In this document: positions 1 to 11,979 of the stretch, one piece after another
How the letters are laid out: each line of letters starts with the position of its first letter
How positions within the stretch are numbered: position 1 is the stretch's first letter
DNA from: Minutocellus sp. GHC0000111
Taxonomy: Eukaryota
Reading direction: 5' to 3'
NCBI GenBank assembly: GCA_977018835.1
Contig: OZ361261.1
Span: 558,001-622,000 of the forward strand
DNA length: 64,000 bases
Made by a program: the position numbers and the translations under genes
The notes under the pieces: generated by a model
Database searches by the model: none
What the model was told of the DNA's origin: nothing
The model's input: only the letters and a program-made list of their open reading frames with translations

Positions 1-567
1 TGCTGCTGTTGAAAGTCGTCGTCGTCGTCGTCTCAGTCCCGGTGAGGTCGCCAAGCTGAGATGCTCTATGGAGCATCTCAACCAGGTATGCTGATCGGTT
101 GGAGTCTTCGATAAAGACGGGGGATTCTTGAGGAGTAAAGGGTGGGGGGTGGAATCTTGGGAATCTCCGTAGGCCGCACGCTGTTGATGGCACGATGTCA
201 CGTGTTGATGTTGTGCTTGCTGACGCTCCTTCATCCCGTCGACGAGGCGCCGGAACATGCACATCTCGCGCCACTCGGCGACGGCCATGTCCTCCCGCAG
301 CTGCAGCTCGGAGGCAGTGCGGGTTATGTGGGTGCGGGGGAGGGGGATGGGCCTTGATGGGTGGCTGCCAGCTGGCCTCGGAGTTGATGCAGTTGTTGGC
401 GAGGACTGCTTGTGCTGACTATGACTGTTGTAGATACCACGACCATCGGCGGCGGCGCTGGCCAGGGACAGCTTCGGCAATCGTTCCGCGGGCATAGAGT
501 CGCGTTGACGAAGCCTCAAGCCGGTAGAGGTCCGGGGTATTGCGGAGGTTTGGTTGATTGGGACCAT
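1..567 (-). CDS. Hypothetical protein, diatom-type motif; 3' end runs off the window
   Basis: Open frame from ATG at 567 (MVPINQTS...) to position 1. It contains HITRTASELQLREDMAVAEWREMCMFRRLVDGMKERQ, which resembles a motif I recall from diatom hypothetical proteins. It is absent from the ORF track because it has no stop in the window. Confidence 0.6.
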   Translation of the reverse strand, partial: MVPINQTSAIPRTSTGLRLRQRDSMPAERLPKLSLASAAADGRGIYNSHSQHKQSSPTTASTPRPAGSHPSRPIPLPRTHITRTASELQLREDMAVAEWREMCMFRRLVDGMKERQQAQHQHVTSCHQQRAAYGDSQDSTPHPLLLKNPPSLSKTPTDQHTWLRCSIEHLSLATSPGLRRRRRRLSTAA

Positions 568-1175
568 TGCGTTGAAGGTTCGTTGGTTGAAAAGTGCCAG
601 GAATTCATGGCGGAACGCTTTCAAGCCTGTTGTTTGTTCCGGCGACCGTCCGACCGTCCAGTCCAGCGGCAATAATAATAGGCGGGAAAAAAATCAATAA
701 GTAAATCGGACACCGAAGAGCATGGCATCTGGCATTTGACGTCACATCAAAGCCTTTTCTTATCCGGGTGTTTACCGAGCGACGGACGAACTAAACGGGC
801 GACAGAAAGACGATAGAAGAAGAGCGAGAGCGAGAGAGCATGAGAGCATGAGAGAGCAGAGCCGAGCGCGAGCCGTTGCAAGTTGAAAGAAAGCTGCAGA
901 GGGAGGGGAGTGAGCCGAGTTGTCGAGTCTCACCGGAACTAGATCTACCGGTACATGTACCTGCACACTTGCATGTAACGTTACATTTCACGTTCGATGG
1001 ATCTCTCATTCTATGCAATAGGATTTCCTTAAATTTACAATTCGCATCACCGGCTACAATAGATCTAGATCTAATTGAAGAGAGATTTGGAGAGGGTTGC
1101 CGGCCTACATAGATCTACCGGTACCGTCGATCTGCATACAGAGCGTCCAGCACAAGTTCACAGCTGTAGATAGAT

Positions 1176-3171
1176 CTACTCCTTGGACTTCTTCTTCTTT
1201 TTCTTCTTTGGTGAATCGTCGCCATCCTCGGCCTTGCGCTTTTTGTCCTTCTTTTTCTTCTTGTCCTTCTTCTTCGGACTGCTGTCATCGCTGTTACCAT
1301 CGGCATCCAGAACCATATCGTTGGAATCATTGTAGCCTGATGCTGCTGCCGATTTCGCAGCCACGGGATTGTACTTGGAGGTCTTGCCGGAGGTGAGGGC
1401 ACCGTCCTTGTTGGCCGAAGCCGCGATGGCACCACTTCCACCCTCCAATTGTCGCAATCGGGCCTCAACCTTGGCACGGCCTTCGTAACCGATGGTTGTG
1501 TCAACAGTTTCGGAGGTTTCATCCGAAAGGGCATCAACTCTGGTGGCCAGAGCTGCCTTGGCGGCAAGGACACGGCTGATCTTGCCCTTATGCTTGGGTG
1601 CCGCCTGGCCAATAAGAGAGGCGTGGTAAATGAGACCATACTTGGGCGTGTCATGCTTGGTCTTGAGAGCTCGGAAGAGGGCCTTCTCGGCACCAAGAAT
1701 CTGCACGGTTGACGCAGGAGCCTTGGCGAGATTCATGAGCGAGCCGGCATGAGAAATCAATCTGGCACCAATTAGCTCCCCAACCAGAATGGTTAAGTTG
1801 GGCGCAATGGCATTCATCCGGTTCTTAAGATATTCGAAGAGCTGTGCGCGGTATTCGGTCATACTGAGAACCTGCTCGGCCAGGGACTGAATGTTAATTA
1901 CGTCAATGTCCGAGATCTCCGTTCCCATGGAAACCTCCGCCGCCTCCTTGAGGGCGGTTTCAACATTCTCATCTTCCAGAATTTGTGACATATCTGTGCC
2001 CTTGAATTTCGACCGATAACCACAGGAAAGCACGACCTTGGCATATTGCGCGTTGTCGTTTACAATTCCTTGCATCTCTGTTTGTGTAACGGGATCAAGA
2101 GGTTGAGTTGTTTGCACAACACGTAAAAAATGAGTGAGTCAGCAACAGTAACAGGAAGTATCGGCCAGCTGCACGAAACAATAAAAGACACTACCCCTGC
2201 CTGCCACACCTTTATCTCGTGCAACGACAAAAGCACTTACCTGGAAAGTGCCATCCATACCACTCCTTGACGCGCATGGCATAAGTGTTGATCTCCTTAT
2301 CCAGCTCATCGAGAAGGCCGACAGCCTGGATGACCATGGTGTCGACCTTATCGGCAGAGAACTTGAGCTTGTAGCGGGAAAGCGAATGGGAAAGACCAAG
2401 CTGCATAGCACGGAGATCGGCACCGCTCACGCCACCGGCCTCATCATCGCCGGCCTCCATGAGCTCGTCCATGTAGCAGCGGATGCCACGGAACAGCTCC
2501 GTGGTCTTGGCGTCGTTAACGACGCTGCACGAGAGCTTGTCCTTGATGCTCGAGGCCAGAGCCTTGTCAGCGACGGCGAGGCTTTCCCCGCCCTTCTTCT
2601 TCAGCTGCTTCTTGAGGAACGATTTGAGGGACTTGTTCACCTTACCCTCGATGCAAGCCGCGGCAGCCGAAACGGCGTCGGCGGTGTCCGAAAAGGGCTG
2701 GAACGAGACGAGGTTGAGCATCGACTTGGCTTTGTCCTCATTGGAGAAGAATTTGTCATACATGTCATCGGCATCGGTCTTTTTAAGCTTCTTCTCGTCG
2801 GATACCTGTTATGCAATAGAGGTGGTTCGGACGGTGTGTTCAAGGGGCGATGAAAGCGTAATGTAGGTTCGCGACGTCGGAAGATCGGGCGGGGCAGTGG
2901 GCAGGAGGCGGGGGAGAGTTCGGATATGATAATAAAAGCTAGGTAATCATGATAAGTTCGAATGGATTAAAGACGCCGGCAACCGCAAAACATTACACGC
3001 GCGGCGCTATGCCCAGCTCAATCATACATAGCATAGTGAAGCCTGCCAGATGCCACCAAGCGTGGCCCGGCTCGTCAAGATTCCGAAAAGTCATCCCACG
3101 AATTGCCTGCCACATGTCACACGCACCTGAAAGAGCGAGTAACCCGCCGGGGTCTCGAAAAGGACTAGCAT
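1176..3171 (-). CDS. NOP58: Nucleolar protein 58 (box C/D snoRNP core), 3 exons: 3171-3127, 2805-2241, 2077-1176
   Basis: Exon 1 reads [20 protein letters not shown]/Nop motifs: [52 protein letters not shown] and [34 protein letters not shown]-rich C-terminal tail. GT-AG introns 3126-2806 and 2240-2078 join the exons in frame. Confidence 0.96.
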
Positions 3172-3501
3172 GATTGAAGTGGCGACTATTCAAACAAACT
3201 ATCAATCAATATAAATGCCGGATAGCTGGTTAGCTAGCTAGCAGGTGGCACTACTCAGTAATCTTGGTGTCGATACCCTCGCGTGATGCCGCCGGTTGCT
3301 CTGGGTTGTTCTGTGGCGCGGAGCAGTCCGCCGGGCGGATGCGGATGGCGGACGGACGATGATGGGAGTGCAATACGCAAACACTTTGAGGGCATATGTC
3401 CGTCCGTCGACCGAAATTGCTGATCAATCATTGCAAATCGGTCAGCTGACGACGAGTGCAATCGTATTACTACGTAGTATTGGTAGCTTGCATCAGTCAA
3501 A

Positions 3502-3837
3502 ATGGTGAGGATGCCCTCCAGATGTTTGTTGGTGGTGGGACTTTAGCATCTTACGACCTCTTGCCCAGGCGTTTGTGCAATGACCCATTTCATTTTCTCA
3601 TCTTCTGATCTCCTCTCGTTGCCACCTCAGCCGAAGAAGTGTTCCGAGGCCGCCCTCAGTCTCCTCACCTGCATGGAGCAGACGGATTGCGTCAAGAAGG
3701 ACAAGAAGGGCATTATGGATTGCATGAAGGATCCAGTGGAATCGGACGATTGTCGGGCGCAACGCAATGCGTATTACACCTGCAAGCACTCACAGCTCAA
3801 TATGCGGACACGAATTAGAGGCGTACGGGTTTATTGA
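3502..3837 (+). CDS. COA5: Cytochrome c oxidase assembly factor 5 (Pet191), exons 3502-3504 and 3631-3837
   Basis: ATG|GTGAGG...CTCAG|CCG gives MPKKCSEAALSLLTCMEQTDCVKK...C..QRNAYYTCKHSQLNMRTRIRG, the Cys pattern and MRxRxRG end typical of Pet191. Confidence 0.88.
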
Positions 3838-4158
3838 GTCGCAAAGAGGATCATGTTCACGCGGCCGGTTGGCTGGCTTTCCCTTCATTCCATTGGCTTT
3901 GGGTGATGGCAGTGCGGCTGAGACAGAAACTCTCTTGTTGACCGCACATCCAATTTTCTGAGGTGCAGAGGGGCAAAGCAAAAGAGTGACGATGATAATG
4001 ATTGAATATTGGATCCGATCTTTCGGCACACCGTAACTCCAATCTGTTCGTCTGGAATGATGCTTCTTTCTCAAATGACTATTTGGTTTGGCTTGGTCCA
4101 GCAACATGGGATAAAATGCACATACACACATGCGCAATAGGAGGCAGCGACGCATATT

Positions 4159-5011
4159 TAAATGCTAAATGCCTTACTAATTTACTTACATTGTCGCCCC
4201 TGACGGGCTTTGCTTGCGTAGAGAGCCAGTGGCCTAGGTCCACTTGGGTGTACACAAGTCTCGTCGCTGGGGTCGGCCCCAGTGCGAGAGGTGGTGACTC
4301 TACTCGGTGCTCAGAGTATCGTCTATCCATTTGTTAGGTGGATGTTCGGCTGTAACATCGTAATTTCCTCGCCTTTGTAGCCGGTTGATCCTGGTCAGAT
4401 CCTCGAAGCCTCCTCCTTTTTCGGTGGTTGTTGCGTGAGTTTCGGATTGGTCGTTGGTGTCTCGGTGTTGGAAGGGGGTAGATGGTGTCGCAGGTGTGGC
4501 AGAGCTTGGAGTTGCTGGCTTCATGCAGCTCTCCTTCCCTGTCGCCGCAGGTCGGGCAGGCCGGGTGGGGGGATTGCAGTTGCTTTCCGCCGGATGGTCT
4601 TGGAGATCGGAGAGGTGGTGGATGCCGACGATCATAGGGCCGCAAACTGGTTGCCGAACATCGTCTCGATGGTGGCCGATTTGGTGGCGGTGGCGGTAGG
4701 GGTTAGGGTTACAGATGGTGGCCGTTTTTGACTTCCCCTTGGTCGTTTTGCCCGGGGTCTTCTGGCTCGCGCCCGCCTTGGACCACTGGTTGGAGCTAGC
4801 TCTTGGCCTTCGAGGTCTTGCCGGTCTTGCGATTGTCGCCGCTGTTCGAGTTAGTTTTCGTCATGGTTGCTGTTTTCTGTTGGATGAGTGGTGGTTGCTA
4901 TTTCCTCCTTATTCCAAGCTGTGCCTGAATACGGAGCTGTGATAGTTTCTTTATTCTTTTGTTTTACTAGTATGTACTTAGACTTGGGTTCTCCGCACGC
5001 GTTGGAGAAGT
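4159..5011 (-). mobile_element. Putative non-autonomous or internally deleted non-LTR retroelement relic with 13-bp direct flanking repeats
   Basis: AGCGACGCATATT occurs at 4146-4158 and 5012-5024. Inside on the minus strand: ATG at 4864 followed by a stop- and frameshift-riddled K/S/T-rich frame, a structured segment at 4218-4303, and a (GCATTTA)2 tail next to the left repeat. Confidence 0.5.
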
Positions 5012-5160
5012 AGCGACGCATATTGTTGAGAGACTTAAATTGTTAATTCCCTTGGCATGAAAGAGAGTTATACGATTGTAGTTTCCGAACTTTATACCAT
5101 GGACCCAGTGCTATACTGCTATCGTGAGCATGCATCCCTTGTATCTAAAGACACTTACTA

Positions 5161-5705
5161 TCACATTTCAAGGCCCTCGGCCTCCCACAAGTCTGTGAGC
5201 ACATCTATCATTTGAGGCAATGGTATTGGATGTGAAAAGGAGCATCCGTCAATTTTCGCCCCAGCCTTTCCGCCCATTTTACTTTTTGCCGGCGCATCTC
5301 TCCACCGATTTGATATGACAATGTCTATTATTTCATCCACGTCAATACTGATTGCAGTGTGAGAGGGCTCCATTCCTCCTCCCTCCGTCTTCTTGAGCCA
5401 TGAAGATCGTACTTCTTCCCAGCGTTGCAATCCTGTGCGTGGTACATCGGTAGAATGAGGGAAGAGTGAGATGATGGGAAAAAGTCGCATAGTATAGCGT
5501 CGAATATCCTTTCACCACATCAACTTGGCGGACCATAAGCCACATAGACCAGGTTCAGGATCAACAGGATGGTACCAAATGAAATTTTTTCTTCACCATT
5601 GTTGACGAAAGCGGAACTGTCGGCACCCTCACTCGCACTCGGAGCGACTGCTGCTGGTGTAGTGTTGTCCACAGCGTCTGTAATGGCAGAACTATTATCT
5701 CCCAT
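5161..5705 (-). CDS. DUF4050 / Gag1-like clamp domain protein, exons 5705-5597 and 5432-5161
   Basis: The spliced product reads FVNNGLQRWEEVRSSW...FSHPIPLPQMIDVLTDLWEAEGL, matching the family pattern FVNxGLxxWxxxRxxW / PIPLxxMVDxLVDxWExEGL. GT-AG intron at 5596-5433. Confidence 0.85.
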
Positions 5706-6050
5706 ATTCGCCGCGATTTTCCTTCGAACAGTACAGCCTTCGGCAATTGCTCCGGTTGGTTGTGGTCGTTCGCTCGCTGGCGACTGTCTGATTATCTCCG
5801 TGGTCGGTGCTGCCGGGGTGCCGATGCCGGGGTGGCGGGTGGCGGGCGGGTGGCGGTTTGCGGGAAATCACAAACCTCCGGGTTTCTTTTTAAATGAAAA
5901 CTGTGCGATGACTTAGACTTGCCGATCGATTTCAGAGATTGATTGGAGAGGTTGAGTTGGCATAGAGGCAACCGCGAGGCGACCTAGCCTACTAGAAATA
6001 CATTTCAACCATCGGTCGCTGCATTTTTAGGCGTAGGCGGAATAACTGCC

Positions 6051-7868
6051 ATGGGGACAAAATCACTCGCTTCTTCGTCTTTCGCTGAGCTGCGTGCTCA
6101 GCTTCGGACGTCCGTTCCTGCCACCTTATCAATGCTTTTGTACAAGGTTCCGTGGTTGATATCGTTGGCATTCGTAGGAAGAATTGGCGCTAAAGAGCTG
6201 GCGGCCGCGGCATTGGCAACTACGCTGTGCAATGTTACGGGTATGTCCTTGAGCGTGGGTTTAAGCTCGGCCATGACGACGCTCACTGCTCAAGCGCGCG
6301 GCCAACTGATTGCACAGGCCGAAGTCTTGCGGAAAGAGTCTGCCTGGAGAGGGAAACGGATGAAGGGGAGAGATACAAAGGGAAACGGCGGCGACTCGAC
6401 TGCATCACCGCTATCGCCACCGCTTGGTGAAGTAGTGATCATGGGAGACGCTGCTCACACGAATGAAACGTCGGCTTTGATCGCAACAAGCATTAGTGTG
6501 CAAGGAGAGGAAACATGCACAGTCATGTCAGAGCACTCCGAATATTTGGGCTCAGACAAATCGCCCATTCTACCTCTTGTCTTTTTATACCGGGGTATCT
6601 TCATTCAGCTTGCCTTTGTTCTGCCCGTTGGTGCATGTTGGCTGGTTGGGATCAAACCACTGCTGCTATTCTTGGGGCAAGGAGAAGAGCTGTCGACTAT
6701 GACTGAGTCCTATCTGCGCATATTGACTGCTGGGTTGTGGGGATATTCAGTGAATTGGACATTAACTGCTTGGCTGCAAACCGTCGAACTCGCAGACATT
6801 CCGGCTTACGCAGCAGGTGTTGGTGCACTCTTACACGTACCATTCAATTTATTCTTTATTTACGTTGTTGGGTTAGGCTGGCTGGGAGTCGGCGTTGCAA
6901 CTTCAGCATTTCAGGTGATACAACCGATCCTGATGTTCTTGTATTTAAAGGGCACTTCACATGGGCGCTTGAGGCTGCTGGAGCAGGTTGGTGCCAAGGG
7001 TGTCGGTAGGACACATTTGTCTTTCTGGTGCGAGGCAAGGGCTGCCATTTCTAATTTCGAGGGCATTATAGAGTACCTAACTCTGGCATTGCCAGGAGTG
7101 ATTGCTATCTCGGAATGGTGGGCATCTGAAATATCCATCTTTCTTGCTGGTAGACTGCACCCGGATCCAAATATTGCTTTAGGAAGCATGACACTATATC
7201 AATCGATCAATTCCTCTTGCTTTATGTTCCCCGTTGGAATGTCAGTTGGTGGAAGTGCACGCATTGGAAATGGACTCGGGGCCGGCAACGTTGACGGTGC
7301 AAGGCTTGCCTCGAGAGTTTGCGTATTTGGTGCTGGAGTGCTTAGCGCTACTCTTGGTGCAATTCTATACTTTACACCGCATAGCACCTTTCCGTCGCTC
7401 TTTACTGCTGACATCGAATTGATTCAAATGACCACAAAAACGATACCGCTATTGTCGTTGTATGTCGTCGGAGATGGGTTACAAGTAGCTCTCAACGCAG
7501 TGAAAAAAGGTTGCGGTCGTCAATGTGCACTCGTTCCAATTATCATCATCGCGTATTGGGTAACTGCCCTACCCCTCGCATATCACATGGCCTTTATCCG
7601 ATCTGATGGGTCTACAGACTGTGAAGGACGATCGTTTTGTGGAGTTGTCGGGCTAGTTGGAGGCATGACGATTGGTACATGGCTACACTTTCTCTTATTG
7701 GCAGCGTATACGAGCACATTAGATTAGTCTTCGGAAGCCAAAAGGGCTAAACAACGCTTGAGTCTGGAAAAAGAGAGATATCTCCATGGGGTAGATGACC
7801 AGAGCACAATTCACGACGACGCCAGCTTGGCAAGTATTACATCGGGAGTGAAAGCGATTAATATCTAG
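6051..7868 (+). CDS. MATE (multidrug and toxic compound extrusion) transporter; premature TAG at 7725-7727, read-through frame ends 7868
   Basis: Multiple TM helices and MATE motifs FVGRIGAKELAAAALA, SEWWASE, RIGNGLGAG, GCGRQ. After LD* the frame continues SSEAKRAKQRL, where the family typically has DW..EA..A..R. Confidence 0.9.
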
Positions 7869-7909
7869 GTTTACCGACACGACATCTACTGGTACTAGAA
7901 ATATTACAT

Positions 7910-9460
7910 CTACGAAGAATTGGCATCGGCATCGGTGCTGCCGTCTTGTTTCTGATTTTTTGCGTCCAGCGACATTTGCTTGGCCATTCGAATCATCTCC
8001 TCAGGATCTTCCTCTGAAAGCTCTTGACCTTGAGCCTTTGCCATTGTTGTACGCGTAGCGACCTCCACCCGAGCCTTAATATCATCGGCATCAACTTCAT
8101 TGTCAGATGGCTTTGACTTTTTGGCTTGTCTACCAATGACAAGAAACTCACGGCCTAGAATCTTGACAGCTTCCGCTCGCTTGAGTCTCAATTCCTTACT
8201 GTTGTCCTTGCCACTGGAATCATAAAACAGCTTCTTACAGACCGCTTTGAGCGTTGACTGTATATCCTTCTTGTTCACAGCCCAGGCAAACTCAAGGAAA
8301 GTTGGCAAAGAATCATCCAGGGCCTCGGCCATTTCGGCCGCTGCCGACGCATCGAGCTCTTCGCCAGTCTCTTCCACCTTCTTCTGCAAGTTCTCGGCCT
8401 CTACCATGGCACGCGAGCCAGCACCAATTGCCTTGAAACCGGCGCCGATCAATTTCATATTGGCGCCAAAGCTTGAAGCGTTTTGTTTCGTTCGGGCGGC
8501 GTGACCACCAAGCCCGAGGAAGCTGGTTTTGAAGCCGATGTACTCCTCTGCCGATACCATGAGACTATATCCGATTGTGATCATGAAAACTTCTCCGAAC
8601 GCTCCGTTGGCGATCCGACTCGCCTCGTCTCTGCAGCCTGTCACAAAATCCTCCTCCGATAATTCGCCATTCACAAAGGGGCTGATTCGTTCAAGGAGAT
8701 TTTTGGCGCACTTCGCCTGTCTTCTTCGCTGCTTTAGCTCGTCACTTTCTTTCATTTTCCGATAGCGCTCATATGCAATCTTATGCTTCTCTTCGTCGGG
8801 GAGAGACGCGTCGATAGGCTCCTGCATCGCTTGGTCTTTCATCATGGAATCAGCCTGCCCGGCAATCCACAACTCGCCTATGTACGGCTCAACAAGCGCA
8901 GATCCAAACATTACGTTGAAAAATACAAATGCATCCACGTTGTTGGCCATTTCATTGTCATTGCCCTCGCTTTTACCGTCTCTATCGTATGCTGCACGGA
9001 GCTGCGCGTCTGAAAGCGTTTGATATGCCTTACCGAGCTCTTGGAAACGTGCCTTGGCCTCTTCGTCCCCGGGATTCTTGTCGGGATGGCACGTTCGAGC
9101 CTTCTTGTAGTACGCCTTTTTTATTTGATTCTCGTCTGCGTTGGTAGATACTCCGAGCAGATCGTAGTACTCTCTATCTTTGACCTTGCGCTCGTCCTCC
9201 GTGCCGCCATGCATACTGCCGGGGGCAGAACCGGCGGCACCGCTCTCTTGCAGAGCTGCTTCCACCTCCCTGAGGTCATCCTCAATGGTGTAGAAGTACC
9301 ATTCCTTGGTCTTGGGATTCCAAATTTTGCCAGCCTCCTTTGCCTCCTGGGCTTCTCGCGCCCGTTCCGCCTGATTGGTGAGACCTCGCTGGACGTTCAC
9401 GAACCAATTGTTTCCACCACCGGCCTTCTTTGTTGACGATAATTCTGATTTGTCCGCCAT
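7910..9460 (-). CDS. DnaJ (J-domain) protein with DnaJ-X domain, ATJ10/Caj1/Djp1-like
   Basis: YYDLLGV...IKKAYYKKARTCHPDKNP..FQELGKAYQTLSD (HPD motif). Also FGS...EPYIGEL, and the X-domain signature DIQSTLKAVCKKLF...RAEAVKILG. Confidence 0.92.
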   Translation of the reverse strand: MADKSELSSTKKAGGGNNWFVNVQRGLTNQAERAREAQEAKEAGKIWNPKTKEWYFYTIEDDLREVEAALQESGAAGSAPGSMHGGTEDERKVKDREYYDLLGVSTNADENQIKKAYYKKARTCHPDKNPGDEEAKARFQELGKAYQTLSDAQLRAAYDRDGKSEGNDNEMANNVDAFVFFNVMFGSALVEPYIGELWIAGQADSMMKDQAMQEPIDASLPDEEKHKIAYERYRKMKESDELKQRRRQAKCAKNLLERISPFVNGELSEEDFVTGCRDEASRIANGAFGEVFMITIGYSLMVSAEEYIGFKTSFLGLGGHAARTKQNASSFGANMKLIGAGFKAIGAGSRAMVEAENLQKKVEETGEELDASAAAEMAEALDDSLPTFLEFAWAVNKKDIQSTLKAVCKKLFYDSSGKDNSKELRLKRAEAVKILGREFLVIGRQAKKSKPSDNEVDADDIKARVEVATRTTMAKAQGQELSEEDPEEMIRMAKQMSLDAKNQKQDGSTDADANSS

Positions 9461-10155
9461 CTTCTTCTACTAGTACGTAGCTGGGGGGTGCTCTTGAGCC
9501 GTGGATGCTGGTCCAAGACGGTTCTTCTCCTCTCTTCTCCTTCGTTCCGAAAGAGTATGGCGTCGGCTCGTCGGCTCGTCGGCTCGTCGTTCGTCGTTAC
9601 CTAGTCTAGGCCTAGGTACGCGTTGTTACGTTTGTTCGTGCTTTTTTCGTCTGGCCGTTGTCACGCAACGCGAGCTGTCTCCGTGAAGAGCGCCGTGTGA
9701 CATGTTCGAATGTTAGAAATTTCAGCGAAAACAAAATAAATGTGATGAAAGCGCAAATGGATCCTACCAAATTTACCTGAATTGTAAGAGATGATGTGCC
9801 CCTTCTAAATCAAATGTTAGATCTACACGTAGAGTCTAATGACTGAAGTCTGAACGAACCTTCTCGATGTTGAGTGAAGTCGCTCTCTGCTTCTGTTTTG
9901 AACTCAACTCTCTGTAGCTGTAGGTCTACATGTAGTAGATCTAGCAAGCTACCAGTACCAGTTTGTTCGCCCACAACATCACCCATGATATCTCGAAACG
10001 AGGCATACTGAATACCGGAACGACGTGGTAGTGGGGCCAGCACTCAGTCGCTGAAATAATTGAAAAGCAAAGATATGCAGACAGCAAGATGAACACCCAA
10101 AGATACAATCCTTGTGTGTTCCATCATCATTCAACTTTTCTCCTCCCCGTCACCA

Positions 10156-10542
10156 TTAGTTTTTAGTCAGTGCTTTCGTATACTCCTGGTGTAGCTTTGC
10201 AACCAATTGCTCCTTGATCAAGCTCCTCATTTCGGATTCCTCGGCATATGTAATTTGACCAGCCTGCAACCGCAAATCTGGAAATAGCTGTGCCCATTCC
10301 CTCGATGGCAGGCGACTCTCCGCCTCTTGTTTCTTGGCCTGAGCAGCAAAGAATGCCGCCGCCATATCGTCAGGGTCGGTATCCACCTGGGCCTCGGTAC
10401 TCGTGCCGGTAGCAGTAGTGGTGGCGGTGGTCTCATTCTTGCTTTCAGTTTCTGGTTCCATCGACTGCTGATCGCATGAACATTCAGCGGCAAGGGCTTC
10501 ATCGGCGGCCCGAATAGCCTGTTCTATGGGCGAAGTTGACAT
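10156..10542 (-). CDS. Small hypothetical protein
   Basis: 128-aa frame from MSTSPIEQAIRAA with protein-like composition, lying head-to-head with VMA21. No family recognised. Confidence 0.5.
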   Translation of the reverse strand: MSTSPIEQAIRAADEALAAECSCDQQSMEPETESKNETTATTTATGTSTEAQVDTDPDDMAAAFFAAQAKKQEAESRLPSREWAQLFPDLRLQAGQITYAEESEMRSLIKEQLVAKLHQEYTKALTKN

Positions 10543-10782
10543 GTGATACCCCGATACCTGCGTAACTTCTGCAGGCAACCATGAAACAGTACCTACTAGT
10601 TGGTATAAGTGAACATCCGGCAGCCGTACCAGGTAGTGCATGCAGTCTGCCAGACTTGAGCGATGGCGGATGAAAAATCCGTTGGTCGTGAAGATAACTG
10701 CTGCTGGGGTCCTCATTGTTCACATTGTGTTGCACATCTCGCCCCGTTACTTCGTACCTATATCAGTCAAAAAAGCATAAAA

Positions 10783-11430
10783 ATGGGTTGGTCGCTGTGA
10801 GTAGTTGTCCGCGGAATTGTTGTTTACGCGAGAGGCAAAAATGGCTGTGCGTGTTTACCGCCGGTAGCGCCATCGACCGCAAATGAATTGTTGTCGAGGG
10901 TGGCCCACGCTGCGGCCCAGCCAGTGTCGTGCGCGATGTAAAGGGGACACTTTACACACACGATTCAGTCATTCCAAATTCATTTCTAACAATTAAAAAC
11001 TGTTTTTTGTTGATTCCATTACAATGCTGCGGTTTGCACCATTGTTGCTGCGGTTGCTGTGTCGGGCGTGTTTCAAAAATGCGGGCAAACAATGACATGC
11101 GCCATGACATGCCCTTACGAAAATTAATTACATTGTCTGGTACGAGCCAGTTTATTTCAAGAGCAAAACAAGGAAACGGCAAATAAACTGGGGAAAGCAA
11201 CGTTGATGATGTTCACCCTGCCCCTGCTGGTATTTTACGTTTGCAGCAATTTTGTATTCAGCGATAAGGAAGAGCCAATGATGTGGGGTGGATTTGCGGC
11301 AGTAATAATGGTCAATGTGGTGATAGCTGGATACGTAATCTCTGCATTCAGCGAAGAGGACGATACAGAAACATCGGATAATGACGAAAGTGGACCACGA
11401 ACGGGTGCATTCAAGAGGCGGACAGATTGA
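10783..11430 (+). CDS. VMA21: V-ATPase assembly factor Vma21, exons 10783-10796 and 11151-11430
   Basis: ATGGGTTGGTCGCT|GTGAGT...CCAG|T gives MGWSLLFQEQNKETANKLGKATLMMFTLPLLVFY...GGFAAVIMVNVVIAGYVISAFSEE. Two TM helices and a basic C-terminus. Confidence 0.85.
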
Positions 11431-11979
11431 AGGGGGCTTGCTTGCAAGCATTCTGCATTTATTTCTGGGTGGCGGTGATGAAAAGAGGGGAATTCGCTGC
11501 TAGTTTTCACACACACATGCGGCAATTTAGTTGAGTGCAGGTTCACGCAAGTACATGATGCCCTTATGCTTTATAGTAAAACTGCATTGAAATGAATACC
11601 ATACTGCATTGTGCTGCTAGAGTTTGTACCTGGTAACATGGCTACCTAGGTACGTGTAGCCATCTGCCATTCGTTCGGCCTCTTTACATGTACCTAGGTA
11701 CGTAGCTTTGGGGCAATGGGCTTGCGACAGGTCATCATCATGACGTACCCGAATCCTTACGAGTACAAGTCGAGTGAGTCGAGTCGAGTCGAGTCGCGAG
11801 GGAAAACCAAACCAAAGCCGCGCGCAAAAAAGAACCGCAATGATCTTTGGCACCTTCGCCGCTCATTGAATAATCTCATACTAGTAGCAATAAACAAAAC
11901 AGAACCAGCTGCTTTGGCGACATCGCTATCTCCATAATATACCAGAATATTAGGATTTTCTGAGCTCACAGCCACTGTG

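Noticed and set aside
2078..3126. Intronic box C/D snoRNAs in NOP58 introns
   Set aside because: No convincing RUGAUGA...CUGA pair with a terminal stem was seen on the sense strand.
4697..4711. Telomere-like TAGGGGTTAGGGTTA
   Set aside because: Only about two imperfect units, which is expected by chance.
9561..11795. Microsatellite-like (CGTCGGCT)n at 9561 and (GAGTC)n near 11777
   Set aside because: Short simple repeats near promoters with no further evidence of function.
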